A stretch of DNA of 63,274 nucleotides, the filler included, from Cercozoa sp. M6MM (lineage: Eukaryota; Protista; Endomyxa: Ascetosporea): assembly GCA_040357565.1 (NCBI GenBank). It is 11 parts of 11 records of this genome, joined end to end, with 100 filler letters (N's around TTAATTAATTAA, not from the genome) between each part and the next. Parts side by side here need not be neighbours in the genome. Positions count along the whole stretch, not along the records: positions 45,628 to 51,051 come from JBDODJ010000912.1; positions 51,152 to 53,140 come from JBDODJ010001867.1; positions 53,241 to 60,831 come from JBDODJ010000614.1; positions 60,932 to 62,075 come from JBDODJ010002151.1; positions 62,176 to 63,274 come from JBDODJ010002180.1; 6 more parts are not named here. The stretch is one strand, 5' to 3'. The notes beneath the pieces are model-generated. The model had not been told where the DNA came from and ran no database searches. It worked only from the letters and a program-made list of their open reading frames with translations. Below, in pieces: positions 48,592 through 62,239 of this stretch (its first letter is position 1; each line of letters starts with the position of its first letter). The position numbers and the translations under genes are program-made.

Positions 48592-49610
48592 CGCTCGCAT
48601 GGCGTGATGGTAGCTCTTTGTAAAGTGAAAGATAAACAAAGAAAGTGACTCACGTGACTCGCGACAGAGAACGACGACTGCGTTGACCGCGGCGAGTGTG
48701 TTTCGGCCCTCGTGCACAAAGTCGCCGGTGGTGGCGCTGTCTGCATGCTCATTTTCTTGTATCTCTTGCTCGCTTTAACTCTCCTACTTGCTTGTGCTTG
48801 TGCGTGTGATTTTTTTGACTTCTCGTCATCGCGTGCTCTTGCAGCACGTTTGGAGGCATCTACGCCTTCCGACTGCGCGCTTTGATTCGAGCGCGCGACC
48901 AACGTTCCTCGTTTGTGCCTGACACTGGTGCTTTCACCTAGCGCTCTCTTTACCCCTGCACAGATGTGTACTGGTCCTGTGCAGACGAGGAGTCAAACTT
49001 CCCCGAGGTCGATGATATCAGGCGGCGCAGCTCGACCGCCGACGCCTCTGGGATTCAAAACGTCGACCCAGTGTACTAATCTTCGCCCCCTCGGTCGAAG
49101 TGTCATCATGATTTTTCGCCTGCTGCGCTGCTCCGCTTGTCGCGGGCTGTCGGTTCCCCGTGCTCGTCTGCTCGCGTCGGCTTTGTGCTGGTCGAGTTTG
49201 TTCTATACCGTAAATGAATGTACGTAGCTCCCCACTTACCGTACGCTCACCCGACCGCGACGGTTCTGATCGCGAGTCAGTCGAGTTCACGTCATTCCGT
49301 CCCAGTCCCAACCCTTCGCTTCGATTAGTCAAAGACATGCATGTACGTATCGTAGTACATTCGCACAGTCGCACGACCGTACACTACGCCACAGTACACG
49401 TACATGTACGTACAGTCGAGTCAAAAACGCACGTGCGTTCGCTCGGCTTTTCTCAGTTCCGCACGGAGTGTGACTGTTTCCCAGTCCGCTGATGGCTGAC
49501 CTGAGTCACCTGACTCGACCTAGCTAAACAAAATACACTTTGCACTACCGTGCGTTGTCTTTTGCGTGTGTTTGACTGACATACGCATACAGGAACCTCG
49601 TGCGACTAGC

Positions 49611-50860
49611 ATGTCACACGCTTTCTCGCTGGACGAACATGTTGGTGGGATCTGTTTAAATTAAATTTAAATTCGACTTTACGGTAAAATCACGCACCAA
49701 CCGACTGTTTGAAAACGCAGGGGCTTTAGGATTCGACCTGGATCACACTTTGGTGCGATACAAGGTGCATGGTAGACCTTTGGCTGCAGTTTTGAGACTT
49801 ACGAACTAGACTCTCTGGATTATGTCGGTTGTAAATTTAGAAACGATGGAATTGATTCACGACTGCGTTGCGCAGTATCTTGTCAACAAGTCCAACGTTG
49901 AAGAGCAAGACACCGACAAACTGAAAAGCGAAAACGAAGACTTGGACCGGCGATACCCTCCATTCTTGTTGGAATCGCAAATCGACTACGTGGGTTCACC
50001 TGCAGTTGCTGATGCCAGTGCATAAAGCCACTGCAGGCCTGCAGCTCAGTGATTTTGTCACCTATGCACTGTATCGTTTGTATGTAGGATTTTAACGCAA
50101 AGGGGATTATCCTCGACTGCGACCTCGGGAACTTCCTTTTGCTGAGAGCAGTTAATTTCTCCATTAAGTAACTTCCTAAACCTGTTGATGTTAAATGATG
50201 CGTGCGATGATGTGAAGAATGAGACCGTTGCGGCAGCTGTGCATGGATTTGAGACACTGTCGCAAGAAGACATTGATGTAACATTGATTCAATTGGAAGG
50301 GGCATTGGTTTCAATAATTTACGTAAATTTACCAGTAAATTTTTTTGTAAGTTTTATATTGATTAAAATTATCATGTCTCTCAGATACTCTACCCGGAAC
50401 CTTTGGTGGAAGTGCTCGGCCAAAGGCGTCCTCGTTACTTCGCCTTCCTCAGCTACTTCGAAGGCGCAGTGCCGTAAAACAGTTTTTTTCTTTTCGAACA
50501 ACAATTATTGGGTGCATTGCAGCTGTTTGGTGCGAGACATTGTTGCCCACGAAGATGCGCGCGCAAGGCATGAGCAACGTGAACCAGATTACGTACCACC
50601 AACCCACTGTGCACAGTATGAAGAAATAAGCAACGACTCGGGCAGACATTTCTACCGACGGACTTGGGCGAAGCGTTCGATGCCATCGTTGGCTACTCAT
50701 TTGATTCACCGAGTCGTTACTTCGGTACGTCAGTTTACAAATTCTTTTTCCGCCAGTACCGGTATTGGAAACGTGCAGGTGAAATACGTGATCATCCAGA
50801 AAAGTACCTTTACAAACGACCAAAAGTTAAAGCTTGGCTTCAACGTCTAAAGCAAGACGG
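49611..50860 (+). CDS. HAD-family 5'-nucleotidase domain protein (NT5DC1-like), 3'-partial
   Basis: FSLDEHV|GALGFDLDHTLVRYK (HAD motif I DxD), KGIILDCDLGNFL, HGFETLS, PEKYL.KRPKVKAWLQRLK. Confidence 0.88.
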
Positions 50861-50924
50861 TACTCTTTTCTTTGTGTGTGGGTGTGTGTGTGTGTTGTGT
50901 GTGCGTGTGTTGTGTGTGCGTGTG

Positions 50925-50960
<36 letters not shown>

Positions 50961-50986
50961 GTGTGTGCGTGTGTTGTGTGTGCGTG

Positions 50987-51051
<65 letters not shown>

Positions 51052-51194
51052 NNNNNNNNNNNNNNNNNNNNNNNNNNNNNNNNNNNNNNNNNNNNTTAAT
51101 TAATTAANNNNNNNNNNNNNNNNNNNNNNNNNNNNNNNNNNNNNNNNNNNNCCGTTAATCAACGCACATATGTGACGTTTTGCTTTCCTAACAG

Positions 51195-52474
51195 GCGCTG
51201 CGCGCCAGGCGCGATGCTTCTCGGAGCAGTACAACATGGGCAAGCAGGCCGCGTCGATCTTTGACGACAAGGAGCTGCACGTAACTTGCGATCTACCCAA
51301 CCAGTATTTATGAGGTGTGATACATGTGCGATTGTGTGCAGCTGAAGCTTGACGACGTCACGGATGCCGAGCTGTCGGACTGGGGCATTACGCGCGACGT
51401 GCTCGTGCAGTGGCGCGAGGCCGCCGACAAGTTCGGCAAGGAGGCCAAGGGCTACTCGTTCGACGAGGTGCGCCGTGAGAAGTGCATGGAGTACCTGCAG
51501 CCGATCCGCGCGTGGCACTGCGAGTACCTCAAGAAGGCCGCCACGGACGCCAACATGGACCCGCGTCTCGTGTACGACTACGGTATCAAGCTTGAGTCGC
51601 CGATCGAGTCGGATGCCGATATCTACGACACGTACGCCCTCGACTTTTGCGCCGATAAGGTGCCCTAGTCTTTATCCCTGTTGTCTTAATTTATTCATCT
51701 TTATGCCATTCCTTGCAGGGCTTCGATGAGCTGTGGGCCATCCACAAGCCGCTGCGTGACGCCAACGTGCGTGCCAAGAAGCTGTTGTGCTACGTGTACG
51801 ACCTGCCGTTCTTCCCGGGTTCGTTCGAGGACGGTGCCGACGTGCACCGCGTGCAGACCGAGGGCGAGGTCAAGGCCGCCGTCTACGAGGCCACGACCTT
51901 CAAGCCGATGTCGCACTCGCGCGCCGAGAAGCTCACGTGGCTCGAGCTCGGTGTCGACCTTGATGCCGTGTACTACACGCCGCCGTCCGCGACGCAGGAG
52001 GCTTTCAACGAGGCCTACGTCGACGGCGACATCACGCCCTACGTCGACCTGGGCGAGGGCTTCAAGTACAAGGCCCGCGACGTGCGACAGCTGTGCGCGC
52101 GTCTCTGCGAGGAGGAGGGTGGCCTCACGCAGCAGGCCATCGACCACGTCAAGTCGCTCGAGGCCAAGTGGGGCGAGAAGCTCCTCACCGGCAACGAGAA
52201 GGTGATCGCCGCGCGACCCTCCAAGGCCGAGCGCGACGCCAAGGAGGCTGCCGCCTACGAGGCCGAGCAGCGCGTCAGCAAGCACAACACGGTCGAGTTC
52301 CAGGCCACGCTCAAGTCGCTCGCGCAGATGTACCCGGCTCTCTTCGAGCAGGCACAGGCTGAGTACGCCGAGCAGGCCGAGGCCGCCCTCACGGCCGACG
52401 AGAAGCAGGACGTGCAGGAGCTCATCGTCGACAAGTTCTTCGCGCTCGTCGAGGAGCAGGAGCAGACCGAGTAA
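51195..52474 (+). CDS. Unknown acidic protein (>=~390 aa), strong codon bias, presequence-like N-terminus; 5'-partial
   Basis: Three exons splice in frame: AARQARCFSEQYNMGK...KELH|LKLDDV...FCADK|GFDELW...EEQEQTE*; third positions almost all C/G as in RPS5 and RPL23. Confidence 0.85.
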
Positions 52475-52631
52475 GCTTCCCGAGTCTCTCCAACTACCTG
52501 CGCTGCGCTGACTCTGCATCGTTTCTTTGACGCCTGGTCGATCTATTTTGTTTCTGTACTTTATAAAAGGTCTACTGTTACGCCGTATTGTGAGTGGGAA
52601 AATCCCTACTGTCAAAATTTTTTGCAGCATG

Positions 52632-53080
52632 TACTACTGTATCCGCGCGGAAGCATCTCAAAATTTGAGAGAGGTGTGGAAGTTGTTTTCACAGGTGCTC
52701 GCTGGTATCCTGACCTACTGATAGCTTCGGCCCAGACTGAACACCTGTGTTTGAGTAGGGAAGCCTTGAGCAAGCTTTTGCAGCTGAACTTAAAGAAGGA
52801 CTCACCCGACCATCTCTCCAAGGACCAGTCGTCTTCGCTTCTACCTGTCCTTTGCCTACTTTTAATTAGCTTACTTCACGCCAACTCAAGTACTTCTGAA
52901 CCCTCGCTACTCAGTTCTGACGACGTCTTTCCGTCTCAAGAACCCTTTTTACTGAGTCTTTTCTAAATTTTACAGTTACCATTTGACCGGTGTCTTTCCC
53001 GTCCACCAGTGCTTCGCAGCCCAACTAAACCGTTGGAGTAACTTACTCTCTCAAACTGACACTTGGCCATTCTTCAAGAA
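52632..53080 (+). mobile_element. Dispersed repeat, copy 2 (homologous to 33392-34050)
   Basis: Collinear shared blocks with indels; also abuts a scaffold end. Confidence 0.5.
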
Positions 53081-53240
53081 CAGAAAAGTTTAGAAAAATC
53101 CCAGAGGGTTTAGTATCTACCTAATATACCAGACAGCCCTNNNNNNNNNNNNNNNNNNNNNNNNNNNNNNNNNNNNNNNNNNNNTTAATTAATTAANNNN
53201 NNNNNNNNNNNNNNNNNNNNNNNNNNNNNNNNNNNNNNNN

Positions 53241-53390
<150 letters not shown>

Positions 53391-54908
53391 GTGACTACGC
53401 AAAAGAGAGGAACATTCCACTCGGTGCCTTCTTCACCGGTATCGTGATACTACGCGCTCGCACTTGTCGACTTCCCTCTGAGGTATGTTGTTTGTTGTTG
53501 CAATGTGCTGTCTACTCAGGGTTACAATATACTGTATTCGCAGGCGAGGTTACGGCCGTGCTTGTCGCCGCTGTCTACTCCGGGGTACTCATCCTCTTGT
53601 TCGTTCAAACTTTCTTGTGAAAGTGTGCCTGTCACTGAACCAAGCCGTTGTTGCAGTTCAACTTCAACATCAACAAGAATAGCGACAGACATCAACGATG
53701 AACTCTGCAACGACCGCGACCTTGCTGTTGCACATCCAGTAAGATTACATGTCCCTTTCGACTGATGGTTGAGATGTCTGACAGGATTAAAATGTACAAT
53801 GCGCACAGAGTGTCTGGACCGCCTTGTCTATTGCAAGTAGCGTACCTGCCAACACGTTGTTCCAGCTGTGGCGACGCTTCTTGTACGTCTTTGTTGGCTC
53901 CAGTTTTTTCTTCTTGTATGTATGTGTAAGTTACTGTATGTGCAGCATCCCACCAAGGGAGCACCTGTCGACTGCCCGAATGCCATTCCTGGTACCCTAA
54001 TTTGCTCTATCGAATGGCTTTGCATGATACTGATACAATCTTGCTTGCAGATACAAGTGGCACGATTCGTGGCACGTCGTCAAGAAGGCAACTTCAGCAC
54101 ACGTGTGACGGTGTCGGCGCCTCCGCCTGCACCGTCGCTGCCTGTTCTGCCGCCAGTGGCACCTGCGCAGTCCAAGAATGGCAGTGACCACTCCAAGAAA
54201 AACAAACGTCAGCACAGTCGGCCGCTGAAAGCGCCTCCGACGCCGCCGTCACTGCCGATTCTGTCGCACTCGATGCCTGCCGTTTCCGGGCACCATCGTC
54301 GGCATACCAGTCTCGACATGCTGGCTAAGCTGGCCCTTCAACAGTCAGCCCGGAACCCAACACAAGACGCCGACAAACATACTGCTGGATTGCAAGTGCT
54401 TGCGACTGCATGCCGAGACACCCCCAAGAAAGCCAAGCTGTCCCTTGTCACTCCAGTCAAAAAGACGCTAGCCACCAGTGCAGCGCCACCTGTCAGTCAA
54501 GAAAGCGAAGTCGAAACTGAGACACAAGTCTCTTCTGTCAGGTACGTGTCACTTTGTGCGCCCTCCGTGTTATCACGTCTTGTGGGAAACTCAGAAGAAA
54601 ACCGTCGGTTCGTCGCAGCACCAACTCGTCCAAGAAACACACAAAGAAACGTCGGGTGCAGGTCGTCGTGCAGCACGAGGACACTGCGGTGCGTTTGCAC
54701 TTCCGTCTCTTCGTTTTGTTCTCACAAGTACTGCTGTACTGCATTCTTTGTCCTGAGTAGTCAGAGTCATCGGAATGGTCCGACGAAGATGGTGAGCCTC
54801 TTTTTTCTCGGGCTGGGAATGTTGTACTAGGAGTGGCACACGTTGTTGCAGTCGTCCTGTTCCGGCGAGACCAGCCATCGCGTAGCAAGCGCCAAGCAGC
54901 CTTCGTAG
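53391..54908 (+). CDS. Hypothetical protein with P/S/K-rich disordered C-terminus, 5'-partial
   Basis: Short AG/GT-bounded exons, then a large exon (APPPAPSLPVLPP..KKNKRQ..SLDMLAKLAL..GLQVLATAC); no family recognised. Confidence 0.55.
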
Positions 54909-55469
54909 CCTCGTCGCGGATAACTTCGGCTTCGGTTCGTACCCTGTAGTCGTGCAGTTGTTAATAATGTGCCCCTTGGTACGTAGAGAGGCGTCGTTGT
55001 TGGACGCAAGAGGATAAGATAGCGAGCGATTGTGTATGGGAGCCGCAGGCGCGTGTGTGCTAGTAGATTTCGCGTCCTTCTAGCGGAAGCAGGCTAGTAG
55101 CACTTTACTTAGCGGGGTGACTCGCTTACACATCGTAGAGCGTGTGAACCGAACCACCACAAGGCCGCGGGGTCTCAAAGTAGGTTGCGACTTTGGTCTC
55201 AAGGAACGCCTAACGCTTTGGTGGGTTTTAAGTTACTGAGCCTAAATTTTGCTATCATTTGATTTAAGCCGGTAGGGTCGGTAGGTCGCGAGCGCTCGGT
55301 GCCGGGTCGCAAGAAAAAAGTTGGTAACTGCCGCCGGCACGGTGACCCACACCAGACTGGCGCAGGGGAACTACTTACGTTAGCTGGTTTCAGAGAAGAC
55401 TATACTAACTAACTCTCGAATACAATCATCCTCGACCGTGGTTGGCGGCGAACCGAACAGCCCTAGTGG

Positions 55470-56230
55470 TCATGATAGGGGACGATTGCCTTGGTCCAGC
55501 AGTGTCGGCACTGGCAGCGGCAACATGGCACTCGCGAAGACGTCGGGCACAACGACGTGACCCTGGGTCGGCTGTGGCAGACTGGTCTCCTGTGCCATTG
55601 CCGAGAAGGGCAGTGCCGCCGGTTGCCCTTGTTGTTGTCGCTGTTGTAGTTGCAGTTGAAGTTGTTGTTGCAATTGCAATTGTTGTAGCAGTTGCAATTG
55701 TTGTCGCTGCCGTAGTTGAAGTTGTTGTTGCTGTTGCAGTTGCAGTTGTTGTTGCAGTTGCTGTTGTTGTTGCTGTTGCAGTTGTTGCTGTTGCTGCAGT
55801 TGTTGTAGTAGCCGCAGTTGGTGCTGCAGTTGCTGCTTTTGCTGTCGTTGTCGCTTCTTTCGCTGACGTCGCTGCTCTTGTTTTCGCCTGCACTCACACA
55901 GCAGGAGTGCAGACACAGACACAGACAAAGACACAGACACAGACACAGACACAGGCATAGGCACAGATACAGGCACAGACACAGAAATAGGTACCGTTCG
56001 CATGCGACGTATTGTCGCAGTCGCACCTGATCCAGCAGCGAGCATTGTTGCTGCCGGCTTGGGCAGGACTGACCCGACTGCTCGACCTCGTCCGACTGGT
56101 CAGATGGCGACCGCGATAACTCGCAGTCGCGTAGCTCTGTCTCCACGTTCCTGCACACACACACACCCATACATGCGAATAAACATCGAGTGTGTGAGAT
56201 AACATCGTGCGTGCGTGCGTGCGTGCGTGC

Positions 56231-56281
<51 letters not shown>

Positions 56282-56291
56282 NNNNNNNNNN

Positions 56292-56340
<49 letters not shown>

Positions 56341-56977
56341 GGCATACCGAAAACGACACATGGCGGCCTGCTGCTTGCGAACGTTCTCGGCATCAGCGAA
56401 AACCGGCAGTCTTTCCAAGTAGCTGCAGTCATACAGAAACACATGCATATACAGACACATACATACATAGGGAACATGTGCAAAGTGTTGCTACACTGCC
56501 CAGGGCCAGTCGGAACGAATTCGCCGCCATTCGCGCACCTGGTTAAACCACGGGTGCTCCAGTGCCTGTACACACATACACATACACACTCTATCTCTCT
56601 CTCTCTCTTTCTTTCTCTCTCTCTCTCTCTCTCTGCCCATGCATCGTTGCTAAACGAAGGCACCTCGCGAACCGAGATGCGCTGCTGCGGGTCGAAGCGC
56701 AGCAACTTACGCAGCAAGTCGCAGCACTCGGCATCGGCGCCAGGCAGTGCCGTCTGGACAGTCATTCATACATACATGTAGACATGTATCTATAAATGTG
56801 TGTATGTGCGAGTGTGCGTAGGCATGTGTTCACGATACAGAGAGATCGGGTTTCGGATAACGCGCGTTGGCGAGAGCGCGTGGCAACTGCGACATCTGCG
56901 GCCACTCCTGTCCAAACACGCACCCCCATTATATACGTATCTATAACTACATAGACAATATATATATATATATAAAT

Positions 56978-57051
<74 letters not shown>

Positions 57052-58420
57052 GACATTACCTCAGGTGTGGGTGTGCCCAACAGACGCAGGTAGCCCTGCA
57101 GTTGCTGCACCTCCGTGTCACCATGCATCATGGCGTCCATCTGCATGAACTCGTACCTGCCAACACAAGTCACATGATCCTTTTGGTACCCACCTCATCA
57201 CTGCAGTTGCGAGTACAAGATGCAGCCGACGCTCCAGCAGTCGATCTTCTCCGAGTAGTGACTGCTGCGCATGTCACCCTCCGCGGCACCGTCGGTACTG
57301 CCGCCGATCAGAACCTCGGGTGCACGGTACCACAGTGTCTGCATACCGCCTGTCTGTGCACACACGCACAAACACCATACAACAAACAAGAGGTCATACA
57401 ACAAAAGGGCCAGAACTCACAAAGATACACACACGGGAGATAGGACCGAGTTACCAGTGTGCGGTCTGGAGTCAGCGGAATCGGTCGCGCGAGTCCAAAG
57501 TCGCCGAGTTTGAGCACACCCTGTCGCGTGACTAGCTGCTGATACATATAAATATAGATATATATATATATATATAGATATATATTCTTTTTAATATATA
57601 GGTGGATACAGGTGTACATATACATGCAGACTAAAACAGACCAGGTTGGCAGGCTTCAGGTCGCGGTGAAAGCAGAAGGACCACTCCTGTGTGTATGTGA
57701 GTGTGTACGTGTGTGTGTGTCACAGGAAAAGATCCGTATGTGGAGAAGGCAATATTGCTTAGTGTGAGGGTACCTGCAAGTGCAACAGTCCTTGCAGCAA
57801 CTGATAGATGAACGACTTGGCCACTGCGGTAGTTTGCACACATGTCGCAGTGTAGGTGTAGGTGTGGTACAGATGCACAGGCAGCATAGCAAAGGATAAG
57901 GCACCAAGAGACGGCATGCACATCAGCACTGCCGGTCGCTGGCGTGACAGGTACTCCTTCAGAGCTGTCAGATAGTTACATTGCATATATACAGCTTACC
58001 CCCACTCCAGCTCTTTCTTGCTTGTCAACGAGAGTACCTAGCATGAACTTGCGACAGTCAGTGTCGACGTATTCGAGTATCTAAGCTCACCACAACAAAG
58101 GAGATCCAGTTGAACCAAGGTGCTGGGCAGGGAGGACAGGGAGACCAGGTTGACTTGAAAACTGGGCGCATGGCCTCTGCCAGTGTCGGTTCTTTGGCCA
58201 ACATGCGACAGTGTGCCATTCGGACACTGTCGCTGCTGTTGCAAGTGCAGCTGCTGCATCAACTGCGCGTAGTCCGGAAACGGGTCTTCGTGGTCGCTGT
58301 CACTCCTGCACAGATAGAGATTACACAAATAGACAGGCAGATAAAGTGATAGCTAGATAAATAGATAGCGAGATAGCTAGCTAGATAGATAGATAGAGAT
58401 AGATAAATAGATAGAGATAA

Positions 58421-58452
<32 letters not shown>

Positions 58453-59478
58453 TGGGTAGATAGAAAGAAAGATAGATAGATATAAAAGATAAAGAGGGAG
58501 AGAAAGATAGGAAAGGGTACAGTTCGGACTCGGAACTAGAGCTGGAGATGTCGCCGTCGTCATCTTGGTAGCGATACTCACTCCGAGTCTGGCGGTACTG
58601 ATGACCAGTCGAACGGTACTGGCCGTACGTACGGTGGTCACCGTCACTGCCGGGGCACCCGATGGGCCGCAGCAACTCCGTGTCACCGTCGCTGTCGCCG
58701 TCGCTGTCGACCTCGTCCTTCTTGCATGTGCATATGCATGTGGACATAAGCGTAAAGAGTGGGGTACAGCAGCAGCCATTCGTCGCAGTTCGCACTGTCG
58801 CAAACGACGCAGCTTGGCTTGTATCTGCCAGCACACCATATCAAGTCACACACACACACACATACACACAAAAACACACACACATATAAAAACATGTGCG
58901 ATAATACCGCAGCGTACTGTATTCTCGCTTGCACGAACTCCTGTTTCTCTCCGCACTAAACGCCAAGCGTAGCACCCATAGAAACTCATCTCTCTTTTCG
59001 CAGTGGGCCAGACTACCTGCACGTCGAGCAGCCTTACCACGTTCTCATGGTTCAGTTCGCGCAGAGCGTGAACTACACACAGTGTGCATACATACACACA
59101 GACAAATGTTTACACACATACACACCTATACAAACAAAGACACACAAAAAGACAAAAGCCGAAAGCACTCTCGCGCAGGTGCGTGACGGGAATGCCATGT
59201 TCCGGCCGCCGGATTGGCATCTGCTTGATGGCCACCTGTAAACCTGCACACACTCGCACACACTCATGTGTACCGACACTCAAGCAGACACTCCTACACT
59301 ATTACGTGACGACGAGAAATGTACCACTGACACGATCACGGCCTCGAAACACGGTTCCATACGTCTGCGGATGCCAGGAGGAAAATACAAATATCATTTG
59401 CTGTTCCGATCAGTGAGAAGGAACACGCACCCCGGAGCCCAGGACGCCAAGGATCTCATATCTGTCTGTGCACGACAT
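55470..59478 (-). CDS. CDK-like Ser/Thr kinase with large N-lobe insertion and poly-Q/L tail
   Basis: RYEILGVLGSG|TYGTV, VAIK, GIPVTHLRE, LNHENVVRLLDV, LEYVDTD, HRDLKPANL, LKLGDFGLAR, TLWYRAPEVL, DCWSVGCIL, LGTPT, LLRFDPQQRIS, ALEHPWF. Confidence 0.93.
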
Positions 59479-59631
59479 GACACATGAAGAGTTATTTGAA
59501 AGACGAGGGTTTGCTGCTCAATCAGTACCCTCCGTTGCCGTGTTTTGATTAAGTGCGCGCTGCATGAGTTAGCGAAAGGCCTGCATCTGTGTGTATCAGT
59601 GTGAGCACAGGCCTGCGATTCTTATTAAACA

Positions 59632-59972
59632 GGGGCTGTAGCACCCAGGACAGACGGGCGTTTCCCTGGGTGGGTACACCCGATTTGGCCTGCTTGATGC
59701 CGTCACCGAGCGCCAAGGTGCTCTTCCGCTTCGAGCTGGACCAGTCGCTGCGCAGACGTGCCGGGTTGGCCGGTAAACCCAGGGGAGATTGTTCTCTGTG
59801 TGTGTGCGCGTACTAGTATTATGTGTCAGCAGCACGTGCCAAGTCGCCGTCTGAGCCGTCTCGCACCGTGGTTCCTCTCTTTCTCTCTTTATAATATTAC
59901 CATATATACAATATATACAATATACAATATGTACAAATATATACAATTATACAATATATACAATATATGCAG

Positions 59973-60006
<34 letters not shown>

Positions 60007-60715
60007 TATTTTTGTTGGTATGCAGCACACGATCCAGTCGTCGATGACGTCAGCGCCTTCGACGGCATCGCCGTCTGCGCCTGTCACTCCTGGTTCTTAC
60101 CCCCCCCCCTGGCCCCGCCCGTTCCCCCCCCCCCCATTAAACCCGATGTACCCCCTTTACCCCACTGATATGCAGACAGGAACGCAGTGACGCGCAAGCT
60201 GTCACACACGCTGCGCAGTGCCTCAGAGGTACGGGAGAGGGAAGGAGGGGGAGAAGGAAGGGGGTAAAGGAAGGGGGTAAAGGAAGGGGTAAAGGGGACC
60301 CGTGTACATCTGCAGGAGGAGGAGACGGCGGCCTTCTCGACGACATCGTTCCTGGCGTCGTCGGAGAGTGATCGCGACGGTGACGCCGACGGTGCTGATC
60401 GCAGCGGTGATCGCAGTCGGCACCGTCATCGCAGTGATCGCATTCACTGGCACCGTCGTCGGCACCGTCGTGACAGCAGCGACGGTGACAGCGACGGCGA
60501 CAGCGACAGTTCCGACTCGCACCTGACCACCGGCAGTAGCAGCAGCAGCACCGACGACAGTGACGGTGATACCGTCCCTGGCACCCTCACTGGCACCGTC
60601 AGTGGCACCGTCAGTGGGATCAACGGGATCAACGACTCGGACGACGGTGAACTCACTGGCACGGTTCGCATCGCGCGTCGCACGCACAGTCAGGACAGCG
60701 CCGTGCTGCTGCGGG
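59632..60715 (+). CDS. Hypothetical protein with D/S/R/H-rich low-complexity exon; start uncertain, 3'-partial
   Basis: GC-rich AG/GT-bounded exons (KVLFRFELDQSLRRRAG, DDVSAFDGIAVCACHS, SDRDGDADGADRSGDRSRHRHRS). Confidence 0.55.
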
Positions 60716-60931
60716 TTCTACCTCCCCTTGTTTACCCCCTCCCCCTGTTTACCCCCCCTGTTTACTCCCTGTCCCCCCTGTTTACCCCCCCCCCCTGTTT
60801 ATCCCCCTGTTTACCCCCCTGTTTACTTCCTNNNNNNNNNNNNNNNNNNNNNNNNNNNNNNNNNNNNNNNNNNNNTTAATTAATTAANNNNNNNNNNNNN
60901 NNNNNNNNNNNNNNNNNNNNNNNNNNNNNNN

Positions 60932-60974
<43 letters not shown>

Positions 60975-60977
60975 GCC

Positions 60978-61767
60978 TCATGTATCCAGTGCAAGCACAC
61001 CTCGGACTGACAGGTCGCCGCACGCACTCGGACACGAGCGCCATGACACGGTTGTGCTGGCAGTCCCAGGCGGCGCCGTAGGCACGTCGCGGCGCCGGGT
61101 TGCCTCCCTTGGCTGTTCACAAGTTCGGTTGCGAGATACGGTACGGTAGGACAACACTGTACCAGGGGATGTCTCAGGCTCCACGTCGCAGGTATGCTCA
61201 TCGACAACATCGAACGGGTCAGGCACTGGCTCGACGAACTGGTGCGACGAGATGTCTTGCACTCCAGGCAGTGGCACCTGCCGTAAATGCATGGGTGATA
61301 CCATGCGGTATGTCAGTACACTGTTTGATGGGTGCATAGTGTAGGCGTACCGGACCCAGGAAGAACTGTTCGAAGGAGAACTGCTGAACCTTGGCCTCTC
61401 GCGTGAGCGACAGGAAGCGGTTTGGCATGCGGCGGCAGGTGCCGGCGTTGCACATGGGCTGGATGACGCCGGCATTGTGGGGCACTGAGGGAGGGGGAGT
61501 GCTGTTGGTCTTAGACCTGTCAGGACAGGAGGGAGCTATAGTACTAGCAGCGATGGTTTCGCACTGCTCGTCGAGGTGCACAGTGCTGTCACCGCAGGGA
61601 CCAGGCACGAGACCAGCATCAAGTTCCAGCAGAGGGTCCGAAGTGCACCTGTCATACAGTACTTTCTATCTCACAGTGTACTCTACTCATCTAATGCTCG
61701 TGGTGGAGGGGTGTTACGTGGCCTCGGGTGTTGGCGTTGGTGTGGGCTGTGGCGTGCGCTGCTCCAT
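60978..61767 (-). CDS. Hypothetical protein, N-terminal exons
   Basis: MEQRTPQPTPTPTPEAT|CTSDPLLELDAG... several exons with GT-AG ends; no family recognised. Confidence 0.45.
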
Positions 61768-62027
61768 CTTGTTGCGGCACTATACCGACACGCTCAGTCT
61801 CAAAAGACGAGTGCAACAGAGGCTTGTGGGGATACATCAGTAAAAGGAAAAACGTACGAAGCAGTCAAAGGTGGCACATGCGAACGGGTAGGCCACCCCT
61901 GTAGTTAGTAAACTTAAACTTACAGTCGACATACTCCAGAAACACACACTCCCTTAGTGCACAGTACCCTTGCTGGCAAGTGGGAAGTTCGTGTACGGAA
62001 TGGACTCCAGTAGGTTGCTTGGCAGCT

Positions 62028-62075
<48 letters not shown>

Positions 62076-62239
62076 NNNNNNNNNNNNNNNNNNNNNNNNN
62101 NNNNNNNNNNNNNNNNNNNTTAATTAATTAANNNNNNNNNNNNNNNNNNNNNNNNNNNNNNNNNNNNNNNNNNNNCCGTTCTTGCGCTTGCTTCCGATGC
62201 GCTGTGAGGAAACACAGTTCCAAGAGGTACGATAACTGA

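Noticed and set aside
48600-49340. Possible minus-strand gene or ncRNA before the NT5DC gene
   Set aside because: Low-complexity basic ORF pieces that I could not splice into one frame; no RNA motif recognised.
55396-55410. AAGACTATACT resembling the U3 snoRNA 5' end
   Set aside because: Not followed by box A (GGATCATTTCT) or boxes B/C/D.
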